From positions 2,544,001-2,608,000 of the forward strand of contig CM075994.1 of the NCBI GenBank assembly GCA_038087875.1: a stretch of 64,000 nt of DNA. The letters are read 5' to 3'. Under the pieces are notes generated by a model that saw only the letters and a list, made by a program, of their open reading frames with translations, was not told the origin of the DNA and did not search any database. Of this stretch, positions 48,660-62,440 are shown piece by piece; the stretch's first letter is position 1, and each line of letters opens with the position of its first letter. Both the position numbers and the translations under genes were made by a program. This DNA comes from Malacoraja senta. Its lineage: Eukaryota.

Positions 48660-51600
48660 CCGTTCCTTTGTCTATGGGCAGGAGTCCTCACTACCCAGTG
48701 ATGACCACTTCTCCCATCTCCACCGGTCCTCCTCCTCTTGGACTCCCCAGCACGGCCTTCGACCCTCGTTAGACCTCTTTATTTCTAACTGCCGACGTGA
48801 CATCAACCGTCTCAACTTTTCCACTCCCCTTACCTACTCTAACCTCACCCCCTCTGAAAATACTGCCCTCTGCTCACTCTGCAGCAACCCTACATTATAA
48901 TCAAACCCACCAACAAGGGAGGTGCCGTGGTAGTCTGGCGCAGACTTCTGAGGCCAGCTGACAACTTTCAGACGTCTCCTCCTACTTATCCTTGTACCAT
49001 GATCCCACAGACAAGCACCAGTCCTTAATCTCACACACCATTTCTGATTTCATCACTTCCGGCTGTCTGCCTTCCACAGCCTTCAACCTTATCGTTTCCC
49101 TGTCCTGCACAGCCCGGTTTTACCTTCTCCCCAAAATCCCAAAACACAACTGCCCTGGCAGACCCATTGTTTCTGCCTGCTTCTGTCCCATTGAAATGAT
49201 TTCCACCAGATCAGGAAATATTAGCTAAAACTCTGGCAAGAAGACTAAGTTCGTACATTAGTAAACTAATACACTCTGACCAAACTGGGTTTATACCTAA
49301 GAGAAATAACTTGAGACGTTTGTTTACTATAATGTATTCACACACAACAATAAATGAAGACTTATCAATTATTTCTCTAGATGCAGAAAAAGCATTTGAC
49401 CAAGTAGAATGGGAATATCTCTTTACAGTATTGCAAAAATCCCAACTAGCAGAAAATTTTATTTCATGGATAAAGTTGTTATATAACAATCCGACTGCCA
49501 GAATACTGACTAATCAAACTCTACCTAAATTTCAATTATTCAGGGGCAATAGACAAGGATGTGCTTTATCACCAATGTTATTTGCCCTTGCCATAGAACC
49601 CTTAGCTGAAAGTATAAGATTACATCCGCGCATTCATGACTATAACACTAAACATACTAATAATAAGATTTCGTTATATGCAGACAATGTACATTTATAT
49701 ATTACCAGCTCCCAAGTCAGTATCCCAAATATACTAAACCGCATAGAACAATTCGGTTCTTTCTCAGGGTTTAGAATAAATTGGAACAAAGTGAAATTAT
49801 GCCAATAAAACCTCAAGACCCTTCACATCTCCTAAAATTTCCCTTTAGAATTGCCACTGAAAAATTTAAATACTTCGGAGTTTACATGACTAGAAAATAT
49901 ACCTCTCTATTTGAAGCAAATTCCACCATTAATCACTAAATTAAATGCCCTTATTTAATTTTGGAAAACACTTCCGATTTCCCTTATAGGTAAGAGTAAA
50001 TGCTATAAAGATGATTTTCCTTCCACAACTCCTTTACCTATTTCAATCAATACCGATTTACCTCCCTAAAAACTTTTTTTTTAAACTTGACTCTGTGATT
50101 ACAAACTTTATCTGGGATTATAAAACTCATAGAATTCACAAAAGACATTTATGCAAACCTAAAGAAATCGGTGGACTGGCTCTCCCTAATTTTCTTTTCT
50201 ATTACTGGGCAACTAATATAAAAAATTTAATTTACTGGATGGATGATACATGTCAACAAGTAAACTGGTTAAAAATGGAGAGGGAAGATTGTTTGCCTTT
50301 CAATATAGGCGCGATTCTTCTTTCTCCAATACATCTGAAGAAATCAATGTATGAGAAAAATCCGATAATTCATAGCACCCTACGAATTTGGAAACAGTTG
50401 AAATCAACCCTTAAATTGAGAAATTTCTCTCCTCTTACCAATCGCCAAATATCCCTCGTTTAAACCGTCTACTTTAGATAAGGCGTTTGCACAATGGGAA
50501 AGTCTAGGAATTAAAAAGCTGGGAGATCTTTATAAGTGGATCTTCCTCTCGTTTCAAGAATTACAGGTGAAATATCATTTGAAAGTTAGTAATTTTTTTA
50601 GATATCTTCAAATCCGAGACTATGTGAAAACACACATGCAAGACTGTCACTCTATGGGCCCAGGTATATTAGACAAATGCATGAATAGAAAGGCGGATAC
50701 AAGTAAGTTAATATCCTATATTTACAATACCCTTTTAACTGCACATATCCCATCTTTGGAAATAATTAGGCGAGCATGGGAAGACAAATTGGGTTTAGCA
50801 ATTTTAAAGGATAGTTAGGAGGAAAGCCTTTCATATATACATTACTGTTCTCTTAATGTTAGTCACGCCCTGATAAATTTAAAATACTGCACAGACTTTA
50901 TTACTCAAAGTCTAAATTGAACAAGATCTTCCCAAATGTCTCTCCTATTTGTGATAAATGTCTCCTCCAAGAAGCGACTATAACCCACTCTTTTGCTTAC
51001 TGCACAAAGTCACAAAACTTCTGGAGGGGAATTTTTGATACCTTTTCCAAAATACTTTAAACTAAATTGGACCCCGATATAAAACTGATCACATTAGATA
51101 TGTCAGAGGCCTGTTCTAAGCTAACGATATTTCAAAGACGTTTCCTCTACTATGGCCTAATAACGGTGAAAAAATTAATACTTAAATTTTGGAAACAGAC
51201 AACAGTCCCTACAGTGAAGATGTGGATTACAGATATGTCCAAGACACTACATTTGGAAAACATTAGGCTTGTCTTGGCGGAAAAACCAGATCAATTTCTT
51301 AAGACATGGACACCCTTTACTGAATTTTTACAACAATAGTATGGTGAAACACAAATTTAAATTTAAATCCGATGCTATGTTGGGTGAGGCGGGGGGGCGA
51401 GGGGCAAGGTATATCTCCATGTTTTTTTCTTATTCCTCTATCTTTCTGCTACACTGCTTTGCTAGTTTAGGGGACTTTTTCTTGCTCTCCTCTATCCTTT
51501 CACTTTTTCCTTTCTTCTTTTTTTGCTTTCTCTTTCTTTCCTTTTTTTCATTTTTATAATTTAGGTTATAAGGTTAAAAATGAAGCTGTATAATAATTGT

Positions 51601-53040
51601 ATAATTCTAGATGCCGAATGTTTTATCTTTGTACAATTGATGCTTTAAAAATAAATAAATAAATAAACAAACAAATAGATACATTTTTTTTAAAAGAAAT
51701 GGTTTCCACGTACCTCGACTCCATCCTATCCACCCTGGTCCAATCTCTCCCGACCTATGCCCAGATACCTCTACTCTGCTAGCGGAGCTGGTCCTCACCC
51801 TCAACAACTTCTCCTTTGACGCCTCCCACTTCCACCCGCATAGGCCCCAGCTGTGCCTGCCTCTTTATTGGGTACGTTGAACGATCCCTGTTCCAGGCGT
51901 ACACTGACCCATTTGCCCGAACTCTATCTCCGTTACATTGATGACTGCATCGGTGCTACCTCCTGCACCCATGCAGAACTCATGGACTTCATCAACTTCA
52001 CCACCAATTTTCATCCTGCACTCAAATTTACTTGGACCATCTCTGACACCTCCCTCCCCTTTCTTGATCTTAAAGTCTCCATCACAGGAAATAGACTACT
52101 GACTGACATCTATTACAAACCCACTGACTCCCACAACTATCTCAACTACATTTCTTCCCACCCTGCTTCCTGCAAAGATTCTATCCCCGTCTCCCAATTC
52201 CTCCGTCAACGCTGCATCTGCATCCAAGATGAGGTGTTCCATACTAGAACATCCGAGATGTCCTCATTCTTTAGGGTACGAGGGTTCCCCTCTCCCATAG
52301 ATGAGGCCCTCAATCGCGTTTCTTTGGTACCCTGCAGCTCTGCCCTTGTTCCCCCTCACCCTGGTTGCAACAGAGACAGAGTCCCCCTAGTCCTTACCTT
52401 CCACCCCATCAGCCGTCGCATACAGCACATAAACCTCCGAAATCTCCACCATCTCCAACTGGATCCCACCACTAGCCACCCCTTTCCGCCTTCCGAAGAG
52501 ACTGTTCCCTCCGTAACTCCCTGGTTAACTCATCCCTTCCCACCCAAACCACCTCCTCCCCAGGTACCTTCCCCTGCAACCACAGAAGATGCAACACCTG
52601 TCACGATACCTCCTCCCTCGACTCCGTCCAGGGAACGCAACAGTCCTTCCAGGTTACCACAAAATACTAGAGTAACTCAGTGGGAGTTGCAGCATCTCTG
52701 GAGAGAAGGAATGGGTGACGTTTCGGGTCAAGACACTTCTTCAAGTTAGGCAGAGGTTCACTCGCACCTCCTCCAACCTCATCTACTGTATCCATTGTTC
52801 AAGATGTGAACTCTTATATATCAGTGAGACCGAACCCAGACTGGGCGATTCTTTCGCGGAACGCTTTTTTGCATATCTTTCATTCATTGTTCTTTATCTC
52901 TTCACATCACAGTCTATATCTCTCGTTTCCCTTATCCCTAACCAGTCTGAAAAAGGGTCATGATCCGAAATGTTACCCATTCCTTCTCTCCAGAGATGCT
53001 GCCTGTCCCGCTGAGTTACTCCAGCTTTTTGTATCCCCAT
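48660..53040 (+). mobile_element. Degraded Penelope-like element (RT plus GIY-YIG), split by an L1
   Basis: FYLLPKIPK...PGRPIVS, YLRYIDD, YYKPTDSH, and GIY-YIG-like SSNLIYCIHCSRCELLYISET. Terminal-repeat-like segment at about 52940-53040. Confidence 0.85.
49207..51695 (+). mobile_element. 5'-truncated, degraded L1-clade LINE
   Basis: SLDAEKAFD, GNRQGCALSP and LYADN motifs, A-rich tail. 14-bp TSD gaaatg(a/g)tttccac at 49193-49206 and 51696-51709. Confidence 0.9.
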
Positions 53041-54300
53041 CTACATTTGTCAGGTCCTGCCTGATGAAAATTAAAATGGCCTTCCCCAATTTCAGAAACT
53101 TAACTATCCGTTCCATAACGACTTTGAAACTTACAGTTATGGCCACTATCCTCAAAGTCCTTACCTACTGACACTACATCCAATTTCCCCCTTCACTAGC
53201 AAGGATTAGCTCTAGCACTGTCCCATCCCTGGAAGCATTGTTTGTGCAAACAGTTCCCTGGAAGCACTTTAAAAAGAACTCACCATCAAATTCTTTCATA
53301 CCAAGGTAATCCTAATTTGAAATCCCAAAGATTAATTCTTAGATCTCTGTAATTTACCTTCATATCTGCTCCTCCATCTCCTGCTGACTGTTGGGAGGCC
53401 TGTAGTCTAATCACAACAGTGATTTCCCTTTTTTATGTCTGTAAATATGACATCTACACGGCATGTCATTTAAGATCATCTTTAATCCACATACAGACTT
53501 AACAGCACAGTAGCATGTTAGTTGTCACTGCATCCTGTCTGCTACCCGAACTGCGTAGCATAGGAAGTGGGTGTTAATATAAATGATACAGTAAGGCGGG
53601 GTTAGTGATGCTAACCTATATATGATTGGTTGCATGCATAAACCAATCTACAATGTCCTCACTCAAAGAGCCTTTGGGGACAACACTGATAGAGCTGATG
53701 CCTCACAGTGCCGGTGACCCAGGTTGTTTGTGTCAAGGTTGCAGTTTCCATGACTACGTGGGTTTCCTTCCACATTCCAACCGTGCACGTTTGTAGGTTA
53801 AGTGGCCTCCATAAATTGCCCCTAGTTTCTAGGGATTAGGATAACATAGAACTAGTGAGGTTCTATGTTATTCTAACATAGACAATCGATGATCAGCGTG
53901 GACCAAAGCGCCTGTTTCCATGCAGTATCTCTAAATTAAAACGAAGTCCTCCCTCATTGCTGTGATGGTCTCCTTCCCTAATATTGCAATGCACTCTCTT
54001 TTATTTCCTGCTGGATCACAACTTAAACTTCTATGTTGTTGCCTGCCCTGCCCCTTTTTCAACCACATCTCTGTAATTGCAATCATTTCATATTCCCATG
54101 TATTGATCAATACTCTAAGTTCATCTGCCTTACCAATCACACAGACTCCTGGCAATGAAATAGATGTCATTTAGCCTTCCAATCCTCTCACCTGCTTTTA
54201 CAATGCTTGAGAGGTTGGTCAGGGACTCGAAGGTCAGGAATAATTGCACATGTTCAAAGTGTAAAGCAGAATAGCTTGCTCTTTATTCAGATATTCCTAC

Positions 54301-54385
54301 CTGAATTCTGTTCAAACTGACATGTTAACCATAATTCCTGATTGTATGTGGACAGTCCAGGTGTTTGCAGTTTTAAAGTGCTTGT
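54301..54385 (-). CDS. TMEM181: TMEM181 coding exon 4 (TSTLKLQTPGLSTYNQELWLTCQFEQNS)
   Basis: Polypyrimidine tract with ctccag acceptor, donor gtagga. 85 nt. LSTYNQxLWLTC motif. Confidence 0.92.
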
Positions 54386-55557
54386 CTGGAGAAGAAGGAA
54401 AGAAAAGTTAAATTTTAACCCCCGACATGATCTAAATGATTTCAATTTCATGTGCAATCAAGATAATTCAGCTTGAACTCAGCTATTTGAGAATGTAAGA
54501 TCAATAACTCGGGCTAATTTTGAATATCCATTGGTAGTTTGAATTTAGTTTACAAAATTGTGTATTTGGAGTTGCTATGTGCATTAGAGCAGTGAAGAAC
54601 TGAGTTAGAAACAGAACATTCAGATGGAGCGGACAGAAAAATGTCAGGCTGGGCAAAAAATCCTTGGGAAAAGAATACCTATGGACAATCAAGAGGTTGC
54701 ATCAGGGCTGGGAATGGTTGGGAGATTAGAGTTAGTGGAAAGAGCGAGAGTATTAGAGGGCCAGAGGCCTGGGCATGGCTTTCACAGCTGATAGTAGAAC
54801 AAAAGGGTTGTAGCTGCAAGGAAAAGTGCAGGGTTTTCCATCTGCTTGTGGGAGATGTTTATAAGGTTGCCTCCTTTGGTAGCCCCATGCACATTGAGCG
54901 TTTACAAAAAAGCACTGCAACTGCAAATGTTGGTTTACAAAAAGGCACAAAGTGTTGGAATTACTCAGCGGGTGGGGCATCATCCATGGAGAACATGGAT
55001 AAGTGACGTTTCAGGTCAAGACCCTTAATCAGACAGCTGAATATCAGATCAGCACCACCATTTACAATGAACTCTAGAGGCGAACATCCTCCAGTTCATT
55101 CGAGGTGAGAGAATGCTTCATGGTTAGTTACACATTCAAGATAGAAATATGTAACAAAATGTACGACACAGGAGGCGGAATTCTTCCTATCATGTCTAAG
55201 CAAGTAGACAATTTGAAGAGTAAAAGAGGACACACAAAAATCTACAAAGGAATGAAGACAAATTAGGTGAGTGGCACATGTCAGTGGTGGAGTTTTCTGC
55301 TTTATATGGAATTATCCACATTGTAAATTAGAACAATAATATTATTTAAATTCTATGAGACAATAATATATTGGTTTTCGGTGAAGTTTAGGGATACAAA
55401 GAAAGCCAGGCTAGCAAGCAGGAGCAGCAGGTAATTAGGAAAGCACATAAAAATTGCCCTTTATAACAAGGGAAATTAAGAGTAACAGTAAAAAAAAATC
55501 TTGACCAATTATGTAAAACTTTGGTGAGGTCACTTTGAGAAGATAGTAATATGGTAA

Positions 55558-55825
55558 GGAAGATAAATACAAAATGCTGGAGAAACTCAGCAGGTCAGGT
55601 AGTATCTCTGGAGAAAAGGAAAAGGTGACATTTCGGGTCGAAACCCTTCTTCAGACTGAGAGTCCAAAGAAGGGTTTCTGACTGAGACACTCTGTCTGAA
55701 GAAGGGTTTTAACCTAAAACATCACCTATTCCTTTTCTCCAGAGATACAGCCTGACCTGCTGAGTTACTCCAGCATTTTGTATCTATCTTCCGTGTAAAC
55801 CAGCATCTGCAGATCCTTCCTACAC
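55558..55825. mobile_element. Self-complementary Penelope-derived element with hammerhead-like cores in both arms
   Basis: Arms of about 90-100 bp (55558-55657 and 55704-55792). Minus arm reads CTGAAGAAGGGTTTCGACCCGAAATGTC. Plus arm is degenerate. Confidence 0.75.
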
Positions 55826-56662
55826 AGTATAGAAAGGACGTTGTTGCATTATCTCTATTGTGAATAAATGTAATTCCTGGGGGTAAAGTCACTGGTCTTA
55901 TGAAGAAGAATTATGCAGAATGGGCTCTGGACACCTGAAGAACCAGATAATCTAGATTTTGATATTCAGTGGTGGCATAACAAGTTACATATTGTAGGAT
56001 AGTTCGCCTAGCAGGGTGTCTCAATAATTGACCCGCTAATGATATATTGTGGGGGGAAATTTTGTTCAGACGAGTATTTGGAATTCCCAATCCGAGAGAG
56101 TGGTGATTATTATCGTTATGTATATTCAAGACCAAAGTAGACATTTACAGTCTACAGCAAATTTGTCAGGAAGGTGGATTTCAAGCCAGAGCAGAAAACT
56201 TTCATCAATGTTCAAGAAACTACTACGCTGGCACCCATTCCTGGTGTTGTTGAACAGTGATAACAGGGCAGCAGGCTAAATGTTAATGGCCTCTGCCAAA
56301 GGGATATTCTCAGAACTTCATCTTGATATAATATTCTGTTCTGGGAGATCATATTTCTAACAGTACTCAATATTTTCATGAATTACCAATAAAGTTACAA
56401 GTTTGTGAACTTATTAAAACCTTTTGTAACCAGCAAATAGGAACAAAGGATAAAGTATTTTAAAATCTCATTAAAAGATTTCACAGACCTGAAATGCAAA
56501 CCATTTCTCTCTTCACATGCTTCCTGACCAGATCAGATTCAGATTCAACTTTATTGTCATTGTGCAGTGTACAGTACAGAGACAACGAAATGCAGTGTAT
56601 TTCGTGTATTTCCTGCAATTGCAGATTTTGCTCTCAATTCATGCTTGATGTTATTCACTTAC

Positions 56663-56724
56663 CAGATTACCCTTAGTGGTGGGTGAGATTGGAGGCAATG
56701 CTCTGGATGTAATAATTTCTGGAC
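56663..56724 (-). CDS. TMEM181: TMEM181 coding exon 3 (GPEIITSRALPPISPTTKGNL)
   Basis: Acceptor ttacag, donor gtaagt. 62 nt, bridging phase 1 to phase 0 exactly. Sequence is weakly conserved apart from the GP start. Confidence 0.8.
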
Positions 56725-56959
56725 CTGTAATCAGACAGCATGTACGTGAAAATAATGCAGCAATATGTACAGGGTAAAGAAGGAAGGGAGGTGTAAAATT
56801 AATATCTTTCCCTTTATCTTTCTATTCTATACACTGGTGAACAGACACATAACCGGTCTCACTTTTGGGAACTTCTAGGATAAGCTTCCACGTGGAGTAA
56901 CAGCAGTTTGATCTGTTGCTCTTCCCCGGAAAGAGTTCTTAATGATAATGAAATGCCAG

Positions 56960-57128
56960 GATTTAAGAGAGAGTTAGATAGAGCTCTAGGGGCTAGTGGA
57001 GTCAAGGGATATGGGGAGAAGGCAGGCACGGATTATTGATAGGGGACGATCAGCCATGATCACAATGAATGGCGGTGCTGGCTCGAAGGGCCGAATGGCC
57101 TCCTCCTGCACCTAATTTCTATGTTTCT
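56960..57128 (+). mobile_element. Short CR1 3'-end fragment
   Basis: Matches the reverse complement of 40050-40220. Ends in ttctatgtttcta. Confidence 0.8.
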
Positions 57129-59607
57129 AGAACTCCAAGCACAACACCAAAAGGGTCCCTTTGCTCTCACTAATCAAGCCATCAGCGTCTACATTCAATG
57201 AGCAACAAATAAACTGCTGGAGGAATTCAGCAGGCCTGGCAGCATGTGGAGAGAAATTAACAGATGTTTTGGGTCAGGACTCCTTCAGAGTGAAGAGGGG
57301 TCGGAACCAAAACATTGTCTGTCCATTTTTCTCCATAGATGCTGACTGACCCACTGAGTTGCTCCCACACATTTTTTGTTGAACATTCCAGCATCTGCAG
57401 TCAAAAAGCTGACTGCATGATGATTTTGCAGATGATTTGCTTGTCACTAATTCTAAACCATTATCAGATAAACAGCTATTTTAATCTTGTGTCACATTTT
57501 AAATAGTTTTTTTTCCCTTTCCCAAATTCAGATTTCATTCATCTCTTCCTTTTTACCCCTTTCCAGCCAATTCCTGTTATTCAATAGCATTTCACTCATC
57601 ACCACTTTCACTCACAATCACTCCTGCCTTCCACTCTATCACAGAACTTTTGTTCTCTCCATAATGACCCACCACATGCCCATGAACAGCATGAAATGTT
57701 GAGACATAGTAAGGGGGGGGGGGGGGGGACCTGGGGCTGGGATGGGATGGGAGATGTACTATGCCCATCTTCTGGCAGCTACTCATGTCTTACAAAACAG
57801 CTCACTGAAATCGTTCTGGCCAAGATGGATCCTTTACAGTAACAATACCAACATGTATGTAACAATATGGAAAGTGTCCAGGGAAGTCCTGTCCACAAAC
57901 AGAACAAATCCCACTGTGCAAAATATAACCCCAGTCTACTCTTGACTATCAAGCAGCACTCTGTCAGCACAATCTGCTCATTTAGTTTGAGTTATTTCAG
58001 ATGCGTAAAGATCTCCACAACAATAAGGGTTTGATCCAAACATAAATAAAAAGAGATGAGAGCCTCAAAACTAGCCAAGGAGCTATCATCCTTTGTCATT
58101 TGACTAAGTACAACATCAAGGAGCCCTACTAAAGAAAGTTAATTATAATGGAAAGAGAAACGATTCAGCCACCATTAACATCTTGGTAACCACTGTCCTG
58201 CACAACATAATGGCTGCAAAGAGAAAGCCAAAGGCTTGCTATTATGTAGCAAGTGATTCATCCACTTTCATCATATTAAGACACGTCACAGTCATACAGC
58301 TCGGAAACAGGCCCTTCGGCCCAACTCGTTCATGCCTGTCAAGATGTCTTATCTAAGTTAGTTCCACCTGGCCGTGCTTGGCCCGTATCCTTCTAAATCT
58401 TTCCTATCCATGTACCTGTCCATGTCTATTAAATGCTGTTATGATGCCTGCCTCAGCTACTTCCTCTGGCAGCTCGTTCCACATGTCCATCATCCATTGA
58501 GTGAAAAACCTGCATCCCAGGTTCATAAATCTTTCCCCTCTCACCTCATCTACCTTGAGTGGAACTCCAGTACTTGAATGCGTAATTTGATGCACACACA
58601 AAACCACCATGACCATATATTCCCTTCACCAGTGGAGTACTGTAGTTACATTGTGCCCCAACTATAAAGTGGAATGCAGAAAATTACCAAGGATCATTTG
58701 ACAGTAGCTGCCAATTGTATTAATGGCAGGAAGTTCAAGTGTTCTTACATCATTACCATCTGGGTTAGTTCAACATTGTTGGACCAAAACTTTAGCTAAC
58801 AGCAATGCCCGCAGCAACTGAAGGGCAATTAGGGATGAATGTCTCTAGGGTTCAACGCATATCCTATAAATGAATTACAAAGACCATCTACTTTCACAGT
58901 CCTGTCCTGCACAGAGGAGACAAAGCAGCTCATTAAGAATTTCCTATGATTCGAAGATTGTCATCCAATTTAGCATGCGTTTGTCCAAGATATCTAATAC
59001 TCAGCTTCTTCCTAGCTGTTAACTCCAATACTGTCCCTCCAATACTGTCCACAGGATTGCTGTTGATCTGCTAGTTGATGATTGTCCCATCACTTATGTA
59101 ATATGAATTACAGCAGTAAAACAATCTTTTTAAGCTGGCATGGGTTGCAGTGACAGCACCATAATATATCTATTTGGTATTGTTTATTTAATGCAAGTAT
59201 AATTATCCGTTGATATTTTCATTTAACTAATTATTTGACCTAATTTACCATTGTCCAATATCCCAGATCACATTTTTGTGTATAATATGTATGTTGAAGC
59301 TTAGAAGACAGTCTGTGCCAAATATATACTTTGAATTCCTTCCAAAATATGCACAGAATATGTGGCCTCACTGTAGACAATGTTTTAATCTATTTCATAG
59401 TTTGGCACCAAATAAAAATTGCTGGAGTTCTGCAAAAATCAAATGGATCACTAATGTTCCTCAGAGAGGGAGGTGCTTGCCACCTCTGCTCTGTCATGCA
59501 ATGTAATTAATTCAGGGACGCTGAAGGTTGATGTGAAGTAACGCAGTACCAGTGTTACCCACATCCTGAATCTATTCTGGAAATCAACCTGGCATTAAGT
59601 GTAGAAA

Positions 59608-59836
59608 GGTAGACACAAAATGCTGGAGTAACACAGCATCTCTGGAAAGAAGGAATGGGTGATGTTTCGGGTCGAGACCCTTCTACAGACTGATGTCAGG
59701 GGAGTGGGCGGGACAGAGATAGAATGTAGTCGGAGATAGTAAGACTGGTGGGAAAGATGCTGCCTGTCCCGCTGAATTACTCCGGAATTTTGTGTCCACC
59801 TTCGATTTAAACCAGCATCTGCAGTTTGTTCTTACA
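59608..59836. mobile_element. Self-complementary Penelope-derived insertion with perfect 15-bp TSD
   Basis: TSD cattaagtgtagaaa at 59593-59607 and 59837-59851. Arms ggtagacacaaaat and attttgtgtccacc. Confidence 0.82.
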
Positions 59837-59939
59837 CATTAAGTGTAGAAATCTCTTCACATGGTCATACATTTTTTTTTTTTAAATAAGCTGACAATTA
59901 CGTAATACAATATATCAAGTTCCATCATTTTGTACTCAC

Positions 59940-60043
59940 CAGCTATTCCGATCAAAACTATCACTCCAAAACAGATGAAGAACACAATGAACACTAGGAC
60001 AAAGTGCCTCTTGGAAAGTGTATATAATCTCATTGGTGCTATT
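59940..60043 (-). CDS. TMEM181: TMEM181 coding exon 2 (IAPMRLYTLSKRHFVLVFIVFFICFGVIVLIGIA)
   Basis: Acceptor ttttag, donor gtgagt. 104 nt. Diagnostic APMRLYTLSKRHFVLVF. Confidence 0.96.
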
Positions 60044-61289
60044 CTAAAAAGGAGAGATCACAATTATCAATGTAATAAGAAATCTGATTAATAAATGTTA
60101 CAATTAACACTAACAGCATTTTTCCCCACACATCAGTGCCATCACATTTTATGTCATTTTGTGGATCCAATAATTCCCTAGAACTCTCAGAATTCATAAT
60201 TCAAGACAAAACTAATTGAAATTATAAATACTACTTTCAACCAAGCAATAAACATTTCCCTTTCTTTGAATTCAAGCTGTTACAATGCAGCTTAGCTTCA
60301 ATTCTGGTTTCTGGCACAAACCAAATTCTACCATGCTTATGAGGTCCTGCAAAAGCAGTCAGTTGCTGCATTACACCTACTTTTTTCCACTTTCCATCCA
60401 CCCATCATCTCCCTGAACTCACCCTCCATCCCATTACCTGCCTAAACCCTGTCTCGAATCCCAAATATCCCAAGATATCACGACACTGTCCATAAATTCA
60501 TATTTTCCCAATCTATCTTCTTGGTAACTTAGTCAACAGTTCAGGTCTACAACTTTCACCAGACTGCTGTGATGAAAGGCCGTCAACGTGAAACATTACC
60601 TCTGCTTCCATCTCTATGGATATAAATTGAACTTGAGCATTTTCAACATTTTCAGTCTTTGTTTCACATTTACAATATTTTCATTTGTTCTTATTTTGTA
60701 TTTTCAACATTATTGTTTTTTAAATACTTTTTCTTTTAGGCACCCTGCACTTTAAGTGTTTGATTTATGCGTTTTTGAAATAATGCGCTTGTTACTTTAA
60801 TATCAAAGCTTGATTTACGCGTTGTTATTTTTGGAATACTGTGCTCAAATTTACTGCTGACAGCATAGTCGCGTATATGTTTAATTTACATTTTTTAAAT
60901 ATGCAATGCTTTTTAAGCATGTAACCCCAGCGCAAAACACAAGGTGCCTGTATACCTCAGCATAATTTAACCATATAATTCCAAAAATGGATTTCAATAG
61001 TTTTCACATCCATCGCTAAAACGCCAATTTACCTAGCAGCTGATTATGAAACTCGTGCGTCATTTCATTATAGAAAACGCAGGTAGTGTATATAGGAAGC
61101 ACCCACAGACATCAAAGCGCTAAAAGCCAGCTAATAATGATTGGGTGAATATAGGTAAGGACACTGGGGACAGCTCCCCTGCACCATTCATGATTGAATA
61201 CACAAGCCTAAGCTTTACATAACAGCTCTCTCTTCACTTTAGCAGTTTGGGAATGAGGACAACATAGGTCAACACCAATTCTGTGGGCT

Positions 61290-62440
61290 GAAATATGGCA
61301 AATAGCAGGAATAGGTCATTAACAAATTTGATAGACGCATATAAAAGTATGATCTATTGCTTCCTCTGGCAGCTAATTCCGCATACAGACTATCCCTGTG
61401 AATAAGTTGCCCCTGAGGTGCTTCTTAAATATTTCCCCTCTCACCTAAGTCTATGTCTTCTAATTTTAGAAGACTAGAAGAGCACCAAGGCAAAATAGTT
61501 GTATGTGTACATACTCGGCCAATAAACTTATTTATTCATTCATACTCTGGGAAAGAAACTATGAGCATTCACTTTATCAATACCCCTCATGACTTTGAAT
61601 ACTTCAATAAGGTCTCTTCTCAGTATTCCACACTCCATAGAAAAAAAGTCCCAGCCTCTCCATATAACCATAGTGAATCTTTTCTGCATCCTTTCCAACT
61701 TAATGACATCCTTCCAAATGATAGGTGACCAGAACTGCACAGAGTACTGCAAGTGTGTTCTCATTTATGATGTACAGCCATATCATGATGCTTCAACTTT
61801 CAGATTCAACACCACTCTCTGGGAGTTACATTAACTGTGCAAGTCCTGTCGTGACATACCAAAGTGCAACACCTCACACTTGTCAGAGTAAAATTCCACT
61901 TGCCATTCATTGGCCCATCTTCCTGCGTGATCTAGATCTGTTGTAGACTTAGATATCCTTCCTCACAATCTACTATGTCACCTGCAAATTCACTAACACT
62001 GTTAACTACATTATTATTCAAATCATTAGATAACAAACAACAATGGACCTAACACTGATCGCTGTGGCACACCACTGGTTAGAGGACTATCAGATTAACA
62101 ACCCAATAACAACTACCCTGTGATTACTTTCTGAAGGGTCTTGACCTGAAACGTCACACATTCCTTCTCTCCAGAGATGCTGCCTGTCCTGCAGTTACTC
62201 CAGCTTTTTTTGTCTATCTTCTATTCCTTCCTACAAGTCAATTTTGAATCAAAACAGCGAGCTCACCTTAAAATTCTATGTGATCTAACCTTCCAGAGCA
62301 GCCTTGTTAAAGTCCATGTAGACAATGTCCACTCCTCTGCCCTCATAATTCCTCTTTGTAACTTCTTCAAAAAACTCTCCCAGATTCATGAGACATGACT
62401 TCCCACACACAAAGCCATGTTGACTTTCTCTAATCAGTCC
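61290..62440 (-). mobile_element. Old degraded CR1 with small Penelope-derived inserts
   Basis: ORF 61540-61764 has HLQYSVQFWSP and RRDLIEVFKVM. Similar old CR1 3' pieces at about 34660-34920(+) and 58290-58550(-). Confidence 0.7.
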
